This document shows, in pieces, positions 49,920 through 58,458 of a stretch of DNA of 64,000 bases. The notes below the pieces were generated by a model that was given only the letters and a program-made list of their open reading frames with translations, had not been told where the DNA came from and ran no database searches. A program made the position numbers and the translations under genes. The stretch comes from Candidatus Poribacteria bacterium (lineage in GTDB: Bacteria > Poribacteria > WGA-4E > PCPOR2b), in NCBI GenBank assembly GCA_965116925.1, contig OZ220744.1:5344001-5408000 (forward strand), written 5' to 3'. Numbering within the stretch: position 1 is the first letter of the stretch; the number at the start of each line of letters is the position of its first letter.

Positions 49920-49972
49920 GAGAAAGCAGATTCTTTCCGATACCACTGAAACCTATCAAGAAAGGAAAGAAA

Positions 49973-50188
49973 ATGAATCACACAAGAGAATCTCTGTCAT
50001 GTAACAGCATGTGTGCTGTTTATCAATGCCTTGAGGGGCATATCCATTTCAAATATCGGGGCATCGACATTGCGATGACTCCCCAGGATTTCTACCAAGT
50101 TGCTAGCACTATCGCGGAAGCCATGTTGACTTTCAAAGATGATAACACAAAATCTTTAAAAGACAGGGATCAACCGATCACTGTCTAA
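49973..50188 (+). CDS. small Cys/His-rich hypothetical protein (71 aa)
   Basis: ATG after AAGGA; C..MC....C..GHIH; co-oriented within the heme operon. Confidence 0.6.
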   Translation: MNHTRESLSCNSMCAVYQCLEGHIHFKYRGIDIAMTPQDFYQVASTIAEAMLTFKDDNTKSLKDRDQPITV

Positions 50189-50221
50189 TCCGTTGTTTCA
50201 AGCACTCAATAGGAGGTCACA

Positions 50222-50899
50222 ATGAAAAACTTTAGGAATCTCGCCACTTGGCGACTCATCATCTGGTCAGTTCTGTTTGTTGCTACTGTTCTCTTTTTCG
50301 GTTGCGGTAACGATGATGACGACGATGGACTTGAACAACCGCTTGAGGAACAACCGTCCGAAGCCGTAACCCCACCATCGGCGGATCAATCACCCGCCGA
50401 CGCCGTGCCACAACTCGATGCTGTCAGTTTTACTATCGATGCGACGAGCAGAGAAGCATGGGTATATTTCTCCCTTGCCAAAGGTAATACCGTTGAGGTC
50501 GCTGACCCGCTTAATTCAATGGATTGGGACCTCGGATTTCAACGGACAACGGTCATAACCAACGGCGGCGTAAGTGGTCCCGGAAAGGGTGGTGCTGTGC
50601 TGCTTAAAGATGCGGAGTTTGAGGGGGTGAAAGAAGCACCTGCGGGTGGATACGCTGTCGATTCAGATCAGAATCTCGCTATCGCTGCACAAAGTGAGGA
50701 GGGGTGGTACATTTATACCGGACCACCGAACCACTGGATCCTGCCGCTGGAGAAACGGGTGTTTGTGGTTCAAGCGGCGGATGGCACGTTTGCCAAAGTG
50801 CGTTTCATCGGCTACTACAAGGACAATGACAATAAAAAGGACGGCGGTTTTATAACCTTTGAATACGTCCATCAGCCCGATGGGAGTCACAATTTTTAA
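50222..50899 (+). CDS. hmuY: HmuY family heme-binding lipoprotein
   Basis: Lipobox FFGC; WVYFSL, DWDLGF.R, TNGG.SGPG.GG, GWY.Y, ADG..AK..F..YY. Confidence 0.85.
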   Translation: MKNFRNLATWRLIIWSVLFVATVLFFGCGNDDDDDGLEQPLEEQPSEAVTPPSADQSPADAVPQLDAVSFTIDATSREAWVYFSLAKGNTVEVADPLNSMDWDLGFQRTTVITNGGVSGPGKGGAVLLKDAEFEGVKEAPAGGYAVDSDQNLAIAAQSEEGWYIYTGPPNHWILPLEKRVFVVQAADGTFAKVRFIGYYKDNDNKKDGGFITFEYVHQPDGSHNF

Positions 50900-50962
50900 T
50901 ATTTATTTACTTCAACAGCCTGTACTGCTGCGAGAGGAATCCGTATCTCCTACCTCTCCGGG

Positions 50963-50996
50963 AGAAACCGAGTTTTTCTAAAAAAACTCGGTTTCT
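50963..50996. repeat. AGAAACCGAG-type REP-like palindrome, copy 4
   Basis: AGAAACCGAGTTTTT-ctaa-AAAAACTCGGTTTCT. Confidence 0.85.
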
Positions 50997-51054
50997 TTTT
51001 ATTATCTTTCAAAAGAACCGGTCAGTTACAATGTACTAACCCAAGGAGTCAGAA

Positions 51055-51972
51055 ATGAAAATACAACACCTCGTAATACTGTTTTGTCTAACTGCATCAA
51101 TCGTCACTGCACAACCTATAGAGGTAACGGATGCACATGGTAAAACCGTTGTTATTCACTCAGCCGAGCGCATTGTTTCGCTCAATGGCAGTACCACCGA
51201 GATTCTCTTTGCGCTTGATGTCGGCACAAACGTTGTCGGATGCGATGCCTCCTCCACCTATCCAAAACATGCCATAGAAACGTTACCGTCGGTCGGCTAT
51301 CAGTACCGGCTCAACGCAGAGGGCATTCTTTCCTTGAGACCAACACTGGTGATTGGACGAGCGGACGTGAAGCCGCCTCAAGTTATCGAGCAGCTACGGA
51401 TGGCAGGCGTAACGGTGCTGTTGTTCAAAGAGCCGAGAACTTTCGACGAAACCAAGCAACGCCTACGCACGATTGGAAAAGCGGTTGGTCGTCAAGAGCG
51501 GGCAACAGCATTAATCTCAGTCCTAGAGAAAGACATCGAAACCCTGAAATCGAAACTTACCGCCCGTCAGGAGCAGCCAAAACTCAAGGCGTTGTTCCTT
51601 TATCTCCGAGGTCCGCAAACTGCTTTTGTGCTTGGCAGAGATTCAGGTCCGGGTGCGATGCTTGAACTGGTCGGTATAACCAATGCCGCAGGAAAAATCA
51701 AAGGAACCAAGCCGATGACAGCGGAGGCGGTTATCGCCGCACAGCCGGATGTATATGTGCTGTTTGAATCAGGGTTGAAATCGATCGGTGGGGTCGAAGG
51801 GTTGCTTAAAGTTCCCGGTTTAGCACAAACACCCGCTGGACGGGCTAAGCGTGTGGTTGCGATGGATGGGTTGTATTTGTCGGGGTTCGGTCCCCGTTGT
51901 GGCAAAGCAGCCCTTGACCTATTTCGGGGCATCTATGAGTCTGAAGGACATTTTATTGCAAAGGGGGAATAG
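51055..51972 (+). CDS. hmuT: heme ABC transporter substrate-binding protein
   Basis: RIVSL.GSTTEI..AL, VGYQYRLNAEGILSL.P (heme Tyr), TPAG, GFGPR. Confidence 0.88.
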   Translation: MKIQHLVILFCLTASIVTAQPIEVTDAHGKTVVIHSAERIVSLNGSTTEILFALDVGTNVVGCDASSTYPKHAIETLPSVGYQYRLNAEGILSLRPTLVIGRADVKPPQVIEQLRMAGVTVLLFKEPRTFDETKQRLRTIGKAVGRQERATALISVLEKDIETLKSKLTARQEQPKLKALFLYLRGPQTAFVLGRDSGPGAMLELVGITNAAGKIKGTKPMTAEAVIAAQPDVYVLFESGLKSIGGVEGLLKVPGLAQTPAGRAKRVVAMDGLYLSGFGPRCGKAALDLFRGIYESEGHFIAKGE

Positions 51973-52024
51973 CCTCCTTCAGTTTGCAATCAACTCTAAC
52001 ACACTGTGTAACAATCGGTAGACC

Positions 52025-53023
52025 ATGCCAAATCGAGCCAAAATTCTTCTTATCCTCGGTAGTTTACTCCCAATTTCGCTCTGCGTTGCAGCGGGTGTAG
52101 GAGCATATCAGATCCTACCGTGGCGCATCCCTAGCATATTGCTTTTCCACAAAGATGGGTTTGAAGTGCTGCTATACGTCCGATTTCCCCGCGTCCTCTT
52201 ATCCGCAATTGTTGGATCCGTTTTAGCCATCTCCGGCGCAACGCTGCAGGGCATCTTCCGCAATCCACTGGCGGATCCCGGGTTAATCGGTGTAACGGCG
52301 GGCGCAGGCCTCGGCGCAGCGATCTGGATTGTGCTAATCGGAGGCGGATTTTTGGGTATCTGGGGTGTACCGGTCGCGGCATTCGCCGGTGGGGTACTTG
52401 TGACGATCGGTGTCTGGCAAATCGCTCAAACGCAAGGACGGGTTCTCACAGTGACGTTATTACTCGCTGGAATAGCACTCAACAGTTTCGCAGGTGCGGG
52501 CATTGGCTTGATGACCTTTCTGGCTGACGAGGAACAGCTTCGGAGTCTTACCTTCTGGCTGCTCGGCGGCTTCGGAGGAGCGACATGGCGGACGGTTGTG
52601 GTTACGCTCCCGGTGGCGACCGTCGGAGCGATTGTGTTATTTCGTTTGGCTCGTGCACTCAATGCCATGAGCCTAGGCGAATCAGAAGCATATCATCTTG
52701 GGGTTTCGACTGAGTCCCTGAAGCGATGGGCGGTTTTTGGGGTAGCGTTGACTGTTGGTGCTGCCGTATCGGCGGCGGGGGGCATCGGTTTTGTAGGACT
52801 GGTCGTACCGCACCTACTTCGTCTCATGGGTGGTGCCGATCATCGGTATCTGCTGTCCGGGTCGGCGTTAGGGGGTGCGATTCTGCTTGTGTTGGCAGAT
52901 CTTTTTGCCCGAACCGTTGCAGTCCCTGCCGAACTGCCTGTTGGCGTTGTTACCGCATTGCTTGGGGGACCATTTTTCCTCTGGCTATTGATGAGATTTA
53001 AGAAAGAGGTGGTGTATGGTTGA
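52025..53023 (+). CDS. hmuU: heme ABC transporter permease (FecCD family)
   Basis: R.PR, QGIFRNPLADPGLIG, LGE.EA..LG, IGFVGLVVPH, ELPVG. Confidence 0.9.
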   Translation: MPNRAKILLILGSLLPISLCVAAGVGAYQILPWRIPSILLFHKDGFEVLLYVRFPRVLLSAIVGSVLAISGATLQGIFRNPLADPGLIGVTAGAGLGAAIWIVLIGGGFLGIWGVPVAAFAGGVLVTIGVWQIAQTQGRVLTVTLLLAGIALNSFAGAGIGLMTFLADEEQLRSLTFWLLGGFGGATWRTVVVTLPVATVGAIVLFRLARALNAMSLGESEAYHLGVSTESLKRWAVFGVALTVGAAVSAAGGIGFVGLVVPHLLRLMGGADHRYLLSGSALGGAILLVLADLFARTVAVPAELPVGVVTALLGGPFFLWLLMRFKKEVVYG

Positions 53024-53867
53024 ACTGGAAGGTGTTGGATATCGCATCGGTCAGAAATGGCTTGTCCGCAATATTGACTTGAAAATTGAGGCGGGAGAGT
53101 TTTGGATTTTCGTCGGACCAAATGGCGCAGGTAAATCAACACTTTTGCGTCTCATCTCCGGGGAACTTTCACCGACAACGGGACAGATTCGATTTTTCGG
53201 CGAATTAATCGACGAATACTCGCCACAAGAATTAGCGCGGAAACGCGCCTATCTCCAACAGAAGCGGGATGTCAACTTCCCATTCCGTGCATCGGAGATT
53301 GTCTTGCTCGGACGCCATCCGCATCTCAACGGTGCAAAAGAGACTCCCACAGATTTAGCAATTGCGTGGGAAGCGATGAAACAGATGCAAGCCGATATGT
53401 TTGCCGAACGCCTGTATCCGACGCTGTCGGGCGGGGAAGCGTCTCGCGTTGATCTTGCCCGTATCCTTGCACAAGAACCGAGATTGTTTCTGCTGGACGA
53501 ACCAACAAATCATCTCGACCCTCGCTATCAGGTCCAGATCCTCCGCTTGTGCAGTTTAATTGCACAATCAGGCAGAACGGTCATTGCTGCGATTCACGAT
53601 CTGAATCTGGCGTCAATGTATGCCGAGCAGGTGCTTATGTTGCGGAAGGGAACCCCTATTGCTGTTGGAACTCCCAAATTCATTTTTACACCGCAACAGT
53701 TGGAAGCGGTTTACGATGTGCCTTTTGAAGTGATGCAACTTTCGAGCGGACAACTAGTTGTTATACCGCTTTCCTCCGATTGCGTACCCAGAACCGGCGG
53801 ATTGAGGAGTGTATCAAAACTGTCACCCTCAAAGCATAGTTCATCAAGGACCACAGCGGCTGGATAG
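53016..53867 (+). CDS. hmuV: heme ABC transporter ATP-binding protein
   Basis: GPNGAGKST, LSGGE..RV.LARILAQ, LLDEPT, HDLNLA. Confidence 0.9.
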   Translation: MVELEGVGYRIGQKWLVRNIDLKIEAGEFWIFVGPNGAGKSTLLRLISGELSPTTGQIRFFGELIDEYSPQELARKRAYLQQKRDVNFPFRASEIVLLGRHPHLNGAKETPTDLAIAWEAMKQMQADMFAERLYPTLSGGEASRVDLARILAQEPRLFLLDEPTNHLDPRYQVQILRLCSLIAQSGRTVIAAIHDLNLASMYAEQVLMLRKGTPIAVGTPKFIFTPQQLEAVYDVPFEVMQLSSGQLVVIPLSSDCVPRTGGLRSVSKLSPSKHSSSRTTAAG

Positions 53868-53902
53868 ATGTTGTATAGCGTTGTCGGACTAACTCATATA
53901 CA

Positions 53903-54520
53903 TCAATCGAAATATTCATCCTCCCTAAACTTTGTCCACGACTGAAATACAGGGAACGGTGAGGGCAAGATCTTATCAGGATCATTCAATTTGAACGATA
54001 TTTTTTCATCATCGAAAACCTCCCTGATCGAAATAGAGATCCCCGACGTTTCAATACAATTTTTACATTGAGTCGGCAGTATTCTCTCTGAACTCGGTTC
54101 GTTGAAATAGATCTTGATCTCCGAATCGTTTTCCGCCTTTTCAACGCGGTAATCCCCTGTGAAAATTTCCCACTCGTTGATCGCGTGATTACCCTCGGCG
54201 TATTGTGCCCAAAGTCTTACTCCGTCAAAGAAATCTAGAACAACCCCTTTTCTCGGACTAGCGTCTATATCGTCAGGCTCAAATTGACGGAATGACCGAT
54301 CTTTCAACGTCATCTTTATCTCTACTTCTTCCATTTCGCTAACCGGGTGAAATGGTCCCTCACCGCACGAACTCCAGATAAGCAGAGCGAATACGAGAAA
54401 AATTGATGCCAACCCTGCATAAATCTGACGGTTGAGATATCCGTGTTTGATCCTCATCTTGTGATCCAAAGTAGAACGATCCTGTAGCGTTAGGCGGGTG
54501 GATACAGTGATGGATGACAT
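53903..54520 (-). CDS. hypothetical lipoprotein; start uncertain
   Basis: ATG at 54520 after GGAGG; hydrophobic stretch ending WSSC. Confidence 0.55.
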   Translation of the reverse strand: MSSITVSTRLTLQDRSTLDHKMRIKHGYLNRQIYAGLASIFLVFALLIWSSCGEGPFHPVSEMEEVEIKMTLKDRSFRQFEPDDIDASPRKGVVLDFFDGVRLWAQYAEGNHAINEWEIFTGDYRVEKAENDSEIKIYFNEPSSERILPTQCKNCIETSGISISIREVFDDEKISFKLNDPDKILPSPFPVFQSWTKFREDEYFD

Positions 54521-54841
54521 AGTTCCCTCCATTATCTGAGAACAGCTGCTTAGGATTAGTATTTGGTTGAAAGTATAACACACCCTGTAATGCCTATCCA
54601 GCATGTTTTCCAATGCTGATTTGGACATGAAGACAACCGTATAACAAACTGTGTCGTCGTTTGAATACTACAAGAAGTGCCAACGTTCCAGCAGTTAGAA
54701 TCAGTTTACAATTCATCCAATTGCCAACTAAATCTATGACATCATTCGACAAATATGATATAATAAAAGTGGTTTGATAATCCTTGCGTAGGTCTATTCT
54801 TCAATTTTTCAGAACGAACCGATCGAAAGGAGATAATCGCC

Positions 54842-56107
54842 ATGAATCTTTCACACCTCAGCACCAATCTCACACCTCTTCTCGCCGCGATTGTAACACT
54901 TTCACTGTTCTTATCGCCATACACCATCGCTCAAGACACCACATGCACTTTATCCGGTCGCGTTGTTGATGTAGAAGGAAACCCGCTTGTCAACCTTCCG
55001 ATACTGATTCAGTCATTTGCAATCGTTGATGGTTGGCTGGAATCAACCCATCTTCTAAGGGATTTTATGCCAGAAGCTTATGTCCCTCCACTTATATCGC
55101 ACACCGATGCAGCGGGGCGATTTTCTGTTACGGGAATCAAGCCTGGTCCCATTCAGTTCGTAGCACACCCCACCTATCTGCCCGCTGATGAACCGCTATC
55201 ATCAGACCTCGCTCCGGATGTTGAGGTTTTATCCATCGCAATTGGAGCGATAACCTTCTACCCGCCTTACGCGAAGCATCCCCCTTTTGGTGGGATCACA
55301 TTTGCCATTGAACCGGGCGTACATCTCGAAAATGTAGAGGTTAGGGTGAAGCCACGGATGCGCATTCGGGGGCAAATCGTTTTTGCAGACGGAACCCCCC
55401 TTGCTAATGCAGAGATTCATACCAGTATGCGACGACGAGATCTTGATGGACAGGGCAGAGGTAGTTCGAGCGGTGGATCACGGACGGATGATGCGGGCTA
55501 CTTTGTGGAATATGTGGATGAGTCTGGGTTCTATACAGTTGCGGTCGAGTTTCAGGGACTTTCAGTAACCTCGGAGGAATTTGTCGTTGAAGCTGACCAA
55601 AGATACGATAGTCTGGTCTTAACACTCAATAGCGAGCCGGTTCCCTTCGAGGCACTTCCCGAGGGGATGGAGTTCGATAACACGGGACAATGGGTGGTAA
55701 ATCCCTCGAACAATCACAGTTACAAACGCGTCTATTGCGAAAGTTGGGACGATGCCCAAGCGAAAGCTATTGCCGAAGATGCACATCTGGTCGCGATTAA
55801 CGATGCGGCAGAGCAGCAGTGGCTAGTGAAGTTTTTTGGCACCGCTCCCTGTTGGATCGGGCTAACCGACCTTGCCAAGGAGGGTGAATGGGGTTGGACG
55901 AGCGGTGAGCCGCTCACCTATTTCAACTGGGCATTCCATAAACTGATAGACGCCGACAGGGGCGATGAGGACTATGTCTTCATGGGGCTTTCACCGGACG
56001 GGAGATGGCATAAAGTTGGTCCGCAAAGCCCCGAATGGCAGATGCCCCGAATGACCATCCTCGAAAGGAAGGTTTTGCCCCCCAAACCGTCGGCGGAAGA
56101 GAAGTAG
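54842..56107 (+). CDS. secreted protein with two carboxypeptidase-regulatory-like beta-sandwiches and a C-type lectin domain (paralog 1)
   Basis: Signal peptide; SGRVVD.EG.P / TD.AG.F pattern twice; SWDDAQ..A....AHLVAIND..EQ.WL...WIGLTD...EG.W.W..GE...Y.NW. Confidence 0.85.
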   Translation: MNLSHLSTNLTPLLAAIVTLSLFLSPYTIAQDTTCTLSGRVVDVEGNPLVNLPILIQSFAIVDGWLESTHLLRDFMPEAYVPPLISHTDAAGRFSVTGIKPGPIQFVAHPTYLPADEPLSSDLAPDVEVLSIAIGAITFYPPYAKHPPFGGITFAIEPGVHLENVEVRVKPRMRIRGQIVFADGTPLANAEIHTSMRRRDLDGQGRGSSSGGSRTDDAGYFVEYVDESGFYTVAVEFQGLSVTSEEFVVEADQRYDSLVLTLNSEPVPFEALPEGMEFDNTGQWVVNPSNNHSYKRVYCESWDDAQAKAIAEDAHLVAINDAAEQQWLVKFFGTAPCWIGLTDLAKEGEWGWTSGEPLTYFNWAFHKLIDADRGDEDYVFMGLSPDGRWHKVGPQSPEWQMPRMTILERKVLPPKPSAEEK

Positions 56108-56289
56108 CTAAAGCCTCGATCAATTCAAAGGCAATGGGGTTCTGAGTGCCGAATCCCCCGAACAGAGCCAATTGGTGAATTTGCATTGAAAGCTCTATCT
56201 GCAACGGCGGACAGGGTTATCCGACTAAAAATCCTACGAATATGAGGCACTGAGCACTCGACTACGTAAGTCACAAAGGAGATTCTACC

Positions 56290-58176
56290 ATGAAAGTAAT
56301 TTCAGTGTTACTTACGCTTTTTATTCTATCCTCATCCAATGCGTCTCCTGAAGATCCCTCGCAATGGGGTTTGCCTCAAGGGGTTAAAGTACGCCTCGGA
56401 AAAGGCGCGATAACTGGTCAAATACGGTATTCTCCCGACGGCACTCGGCTTGCAGTCGGTAGCGGGATCGGTGTTTGGCTCTACGATATAGCGACATTTC
56501 AAGAGGTCAACCTACTCACAGGACATTCAGGGGGTATTTTAGATATTGCATTCAGTCCAGATGGCTTGATGCTGGCAAGCGCGAGTTGGGACAAAACCAT
56601 TCGCCTGTGGAAGGCAGACACCGGTACACACCTGCATACACTGGAGGGACATATGTCGGGTGTCAGCAATGTTGTATTCAGTCCGGATGGGAGTACGCTG
56701 ACAAGTGCAAGTTGGGACGAGACTATCCGCCTGTGGAATCCGGGAACAGGTGAACATCTACGAACATTAGAGCCGGATATGTCGAAGATCAGCGGTGTCG
56801 CATTCAGCCCGGATGGGAGTACGCTGGCAGCTTGGAGTCGGGACAAAACCCTCCATTTGTGGAATGCCACGACAGGTGAACATCTGCACACACTTGAGGA
56901 GCCTACGGTAGATGTCACTAGTGCTGCCTTCAGTCCAGATGGTTTAACGCTAGTAGGTGGGAGTTGGGGCGATGGCATTCATGTTTGGAATGCGATGACA
57001 GGTATCCACTTGGAAACACTAGGAGAGGGAACATCTAGGGTCAAGAGTGTTGTGTTCAGCCCGGATGGAAGCACGCTGGCAAGCGGTCATAGCGACGATG
57101 GAATCCATTTATGGGACGCCACGACGGGAATGTATCTGCGGGAATTGAAAGGGCATACAGGTTGGGTCAACAGTATAACCTTCAGTCCAGACGGCAGTAG
57201 GATTGTCAGCGGGAGTTCGGACGGCACCATCCGTCTCTGGAATGTGGCAACGGGTGCATCTCTCAGAACACTGGAGGGACATTTAGATACCATCTATGAC
57301 ATTGCTTTCAGCCCGGATGGCGCAACGCTAGCCAGCGCGAGTAGAGGAGAGACTGTCCGTCTGTGGGATGCTGTGACCGGAACGATCAAACAGATCCTAG
57401 TGGAGGATTGGTCGCGGTTCCACAGTGTTATCTTTAGTCCGGATGGTTCTATGCTAGCAAGTGCGACTGACTACCATACTATTCACCTTTGGAATCCCAA
57501 AACAGGTGCACCGTTCCGAATCCTGACAAACGATAACGGACGTGACTACAGTATCGCGTTCAGTCCGGATGGTAATACACTCGCAAGTTGGAACGGCGAC
57601 ACCACCATCCAACTGTGGAATCCCAAGACCGGCATGCAGCTCCGAACACTACACTGGGAGACCTCTGCCCCCCCTCGCATCGCGTACAAACCGGCTGCCA
57701 GCACGACCCTCGCGTTCAGTCCGGATAACGCCACACTCGCAAGTGGAAGTAACAACCTGAGCGATCCTAACGTCCGTCTTTGGAATGTAGCAACAGGCGC
57801 ACACGAGCGAACATTGGAGGGCCATAAAGCGGATATCACCAGCGTTGCTTTTAGCCCGGATGGAAGTACCCTTGCCAGCGGCAGTGGCGACCATACCGTT
57901 CGTATTTGGGATGCCCGGACAGGGACTCCCCGTTGGACCCTAGAGGGACATAAGACAGGCATTTCGAGTATCGCCTTCAGCCCGGACGGAAGCATACTCG
58001 CAAGCGCGGATGGCGACAGCATTATCCACTTATGGGATGCTACAACTGGAGCACATCGCCAAACCCTGAAGGGGCATACATCATACATCACTAGTGTCGT
58101 CTTCAACTCAAATGGGAGTATACTGGCAAGTGGGAGTTACGATGGCACGGTGCTTCTGTGGGATCTTGCCCGTTAA
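56290..58176 (+). CDS. secreted WD40 repeat protein (14 repeats)
   Basis: Signal peptide, LPQGVKVRLGKG, 14 FSPDG-type units with GH...WD/WN. Confidence 0.92.
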   Translation: MKVISVLLTLFILSSSNASPEDPSQWGLPQGVKVRLGKGAITGQIRYSPDGTRLAVGSGIGVWLYDIATFQEVNLLTGHSGGILDIAFSPDGLMLASASWDKTIRLWKADTGTHLHTLEGHMSGVSNVVFSPDGSTLTSASWDETIRLWNPGTGEHLRTLEPDMSKISGVAFSPDGSTLAAWSRDKTLHLWNATTGEHLHTLEEPTVDVTSAAFSPDGLTLVGGSWGDGIHVWNAMTGIHLETLGEGTSRVKSVVFSPDGSTLASGHSDDGIHLWDATTGMYLRELKGHTGWVNSITFSPDGSRIVSGSSDGTIRLWNVATGASLRTLEGHLDTIYDIAFSPDGATLASASRGETVRLWDAVTGTIKQILVEDWSRFHSVIFSPDGSMLASATDYHTIHLWNPKTGAPFRILTNDNGRDYSIAFSPDGNTLASWNGDTTIQLWNPKTGMQLRTLHWETSAPPRIAYKPAASTTLAFSPDNATLASGSNNLSDPNVRLWNVATGAHERTLEGHKADITSVAFSPDGSTLASGSGDHTVRIWDARTGTPRWTLEGHKTGISSIAFSPDGSILASADGDSIIHLWDATTGAHRQTLKGHTSYITSVVFNSNGSILASGSYDGTVLLWDLAR

Positions 58177-58282
58177 CGGTATGAACCCCATTGTAAAGAT
58201 ACTTAGAACTCACGCACTTCGGTGAGCCTAGTGAATTATGTTCACCGACGACGAATCGCTGAACTAACAAGTGCGTATCGTT

Positions 58283-58401
58283 TATGGTGAAAAATGGATA
58301 GACATTAATTGTAGTAGGCACACTCCGTGTGCCGTAACTCTGCGAACCCCGATCTATTAGGGCTCGTTCATAGTGTCCAATTAATTCTAAGATCTACCAT
58401 A
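58283..58401 (+). mobile_element. TA-flanked MITE-like element, copy D
   Basis: TA-TGGTGAA...AATTCTAAGATCTACCA-TA; internal GTAGGCACACtccGTGTGCC palindrome. Confidence 0.7.
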
Positions 58402-58458
58402 ATTGTGTAATTCCTTATCACCTACCACAACCATCCCATCCAAAAGGAGATATTTACC

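Noticed and set aside
56108..56289. GAGTGC...GCACT inverted repeat in the WD40 leader as a riboswitch
   Set aside because: Only short pairings and no known consensus
58204..58284. ACGCACTT/AAGTGCGT inverted repeat next to MITE D
   Set aside because: Single degenerate instance; may be a decayed element but cannot be supported
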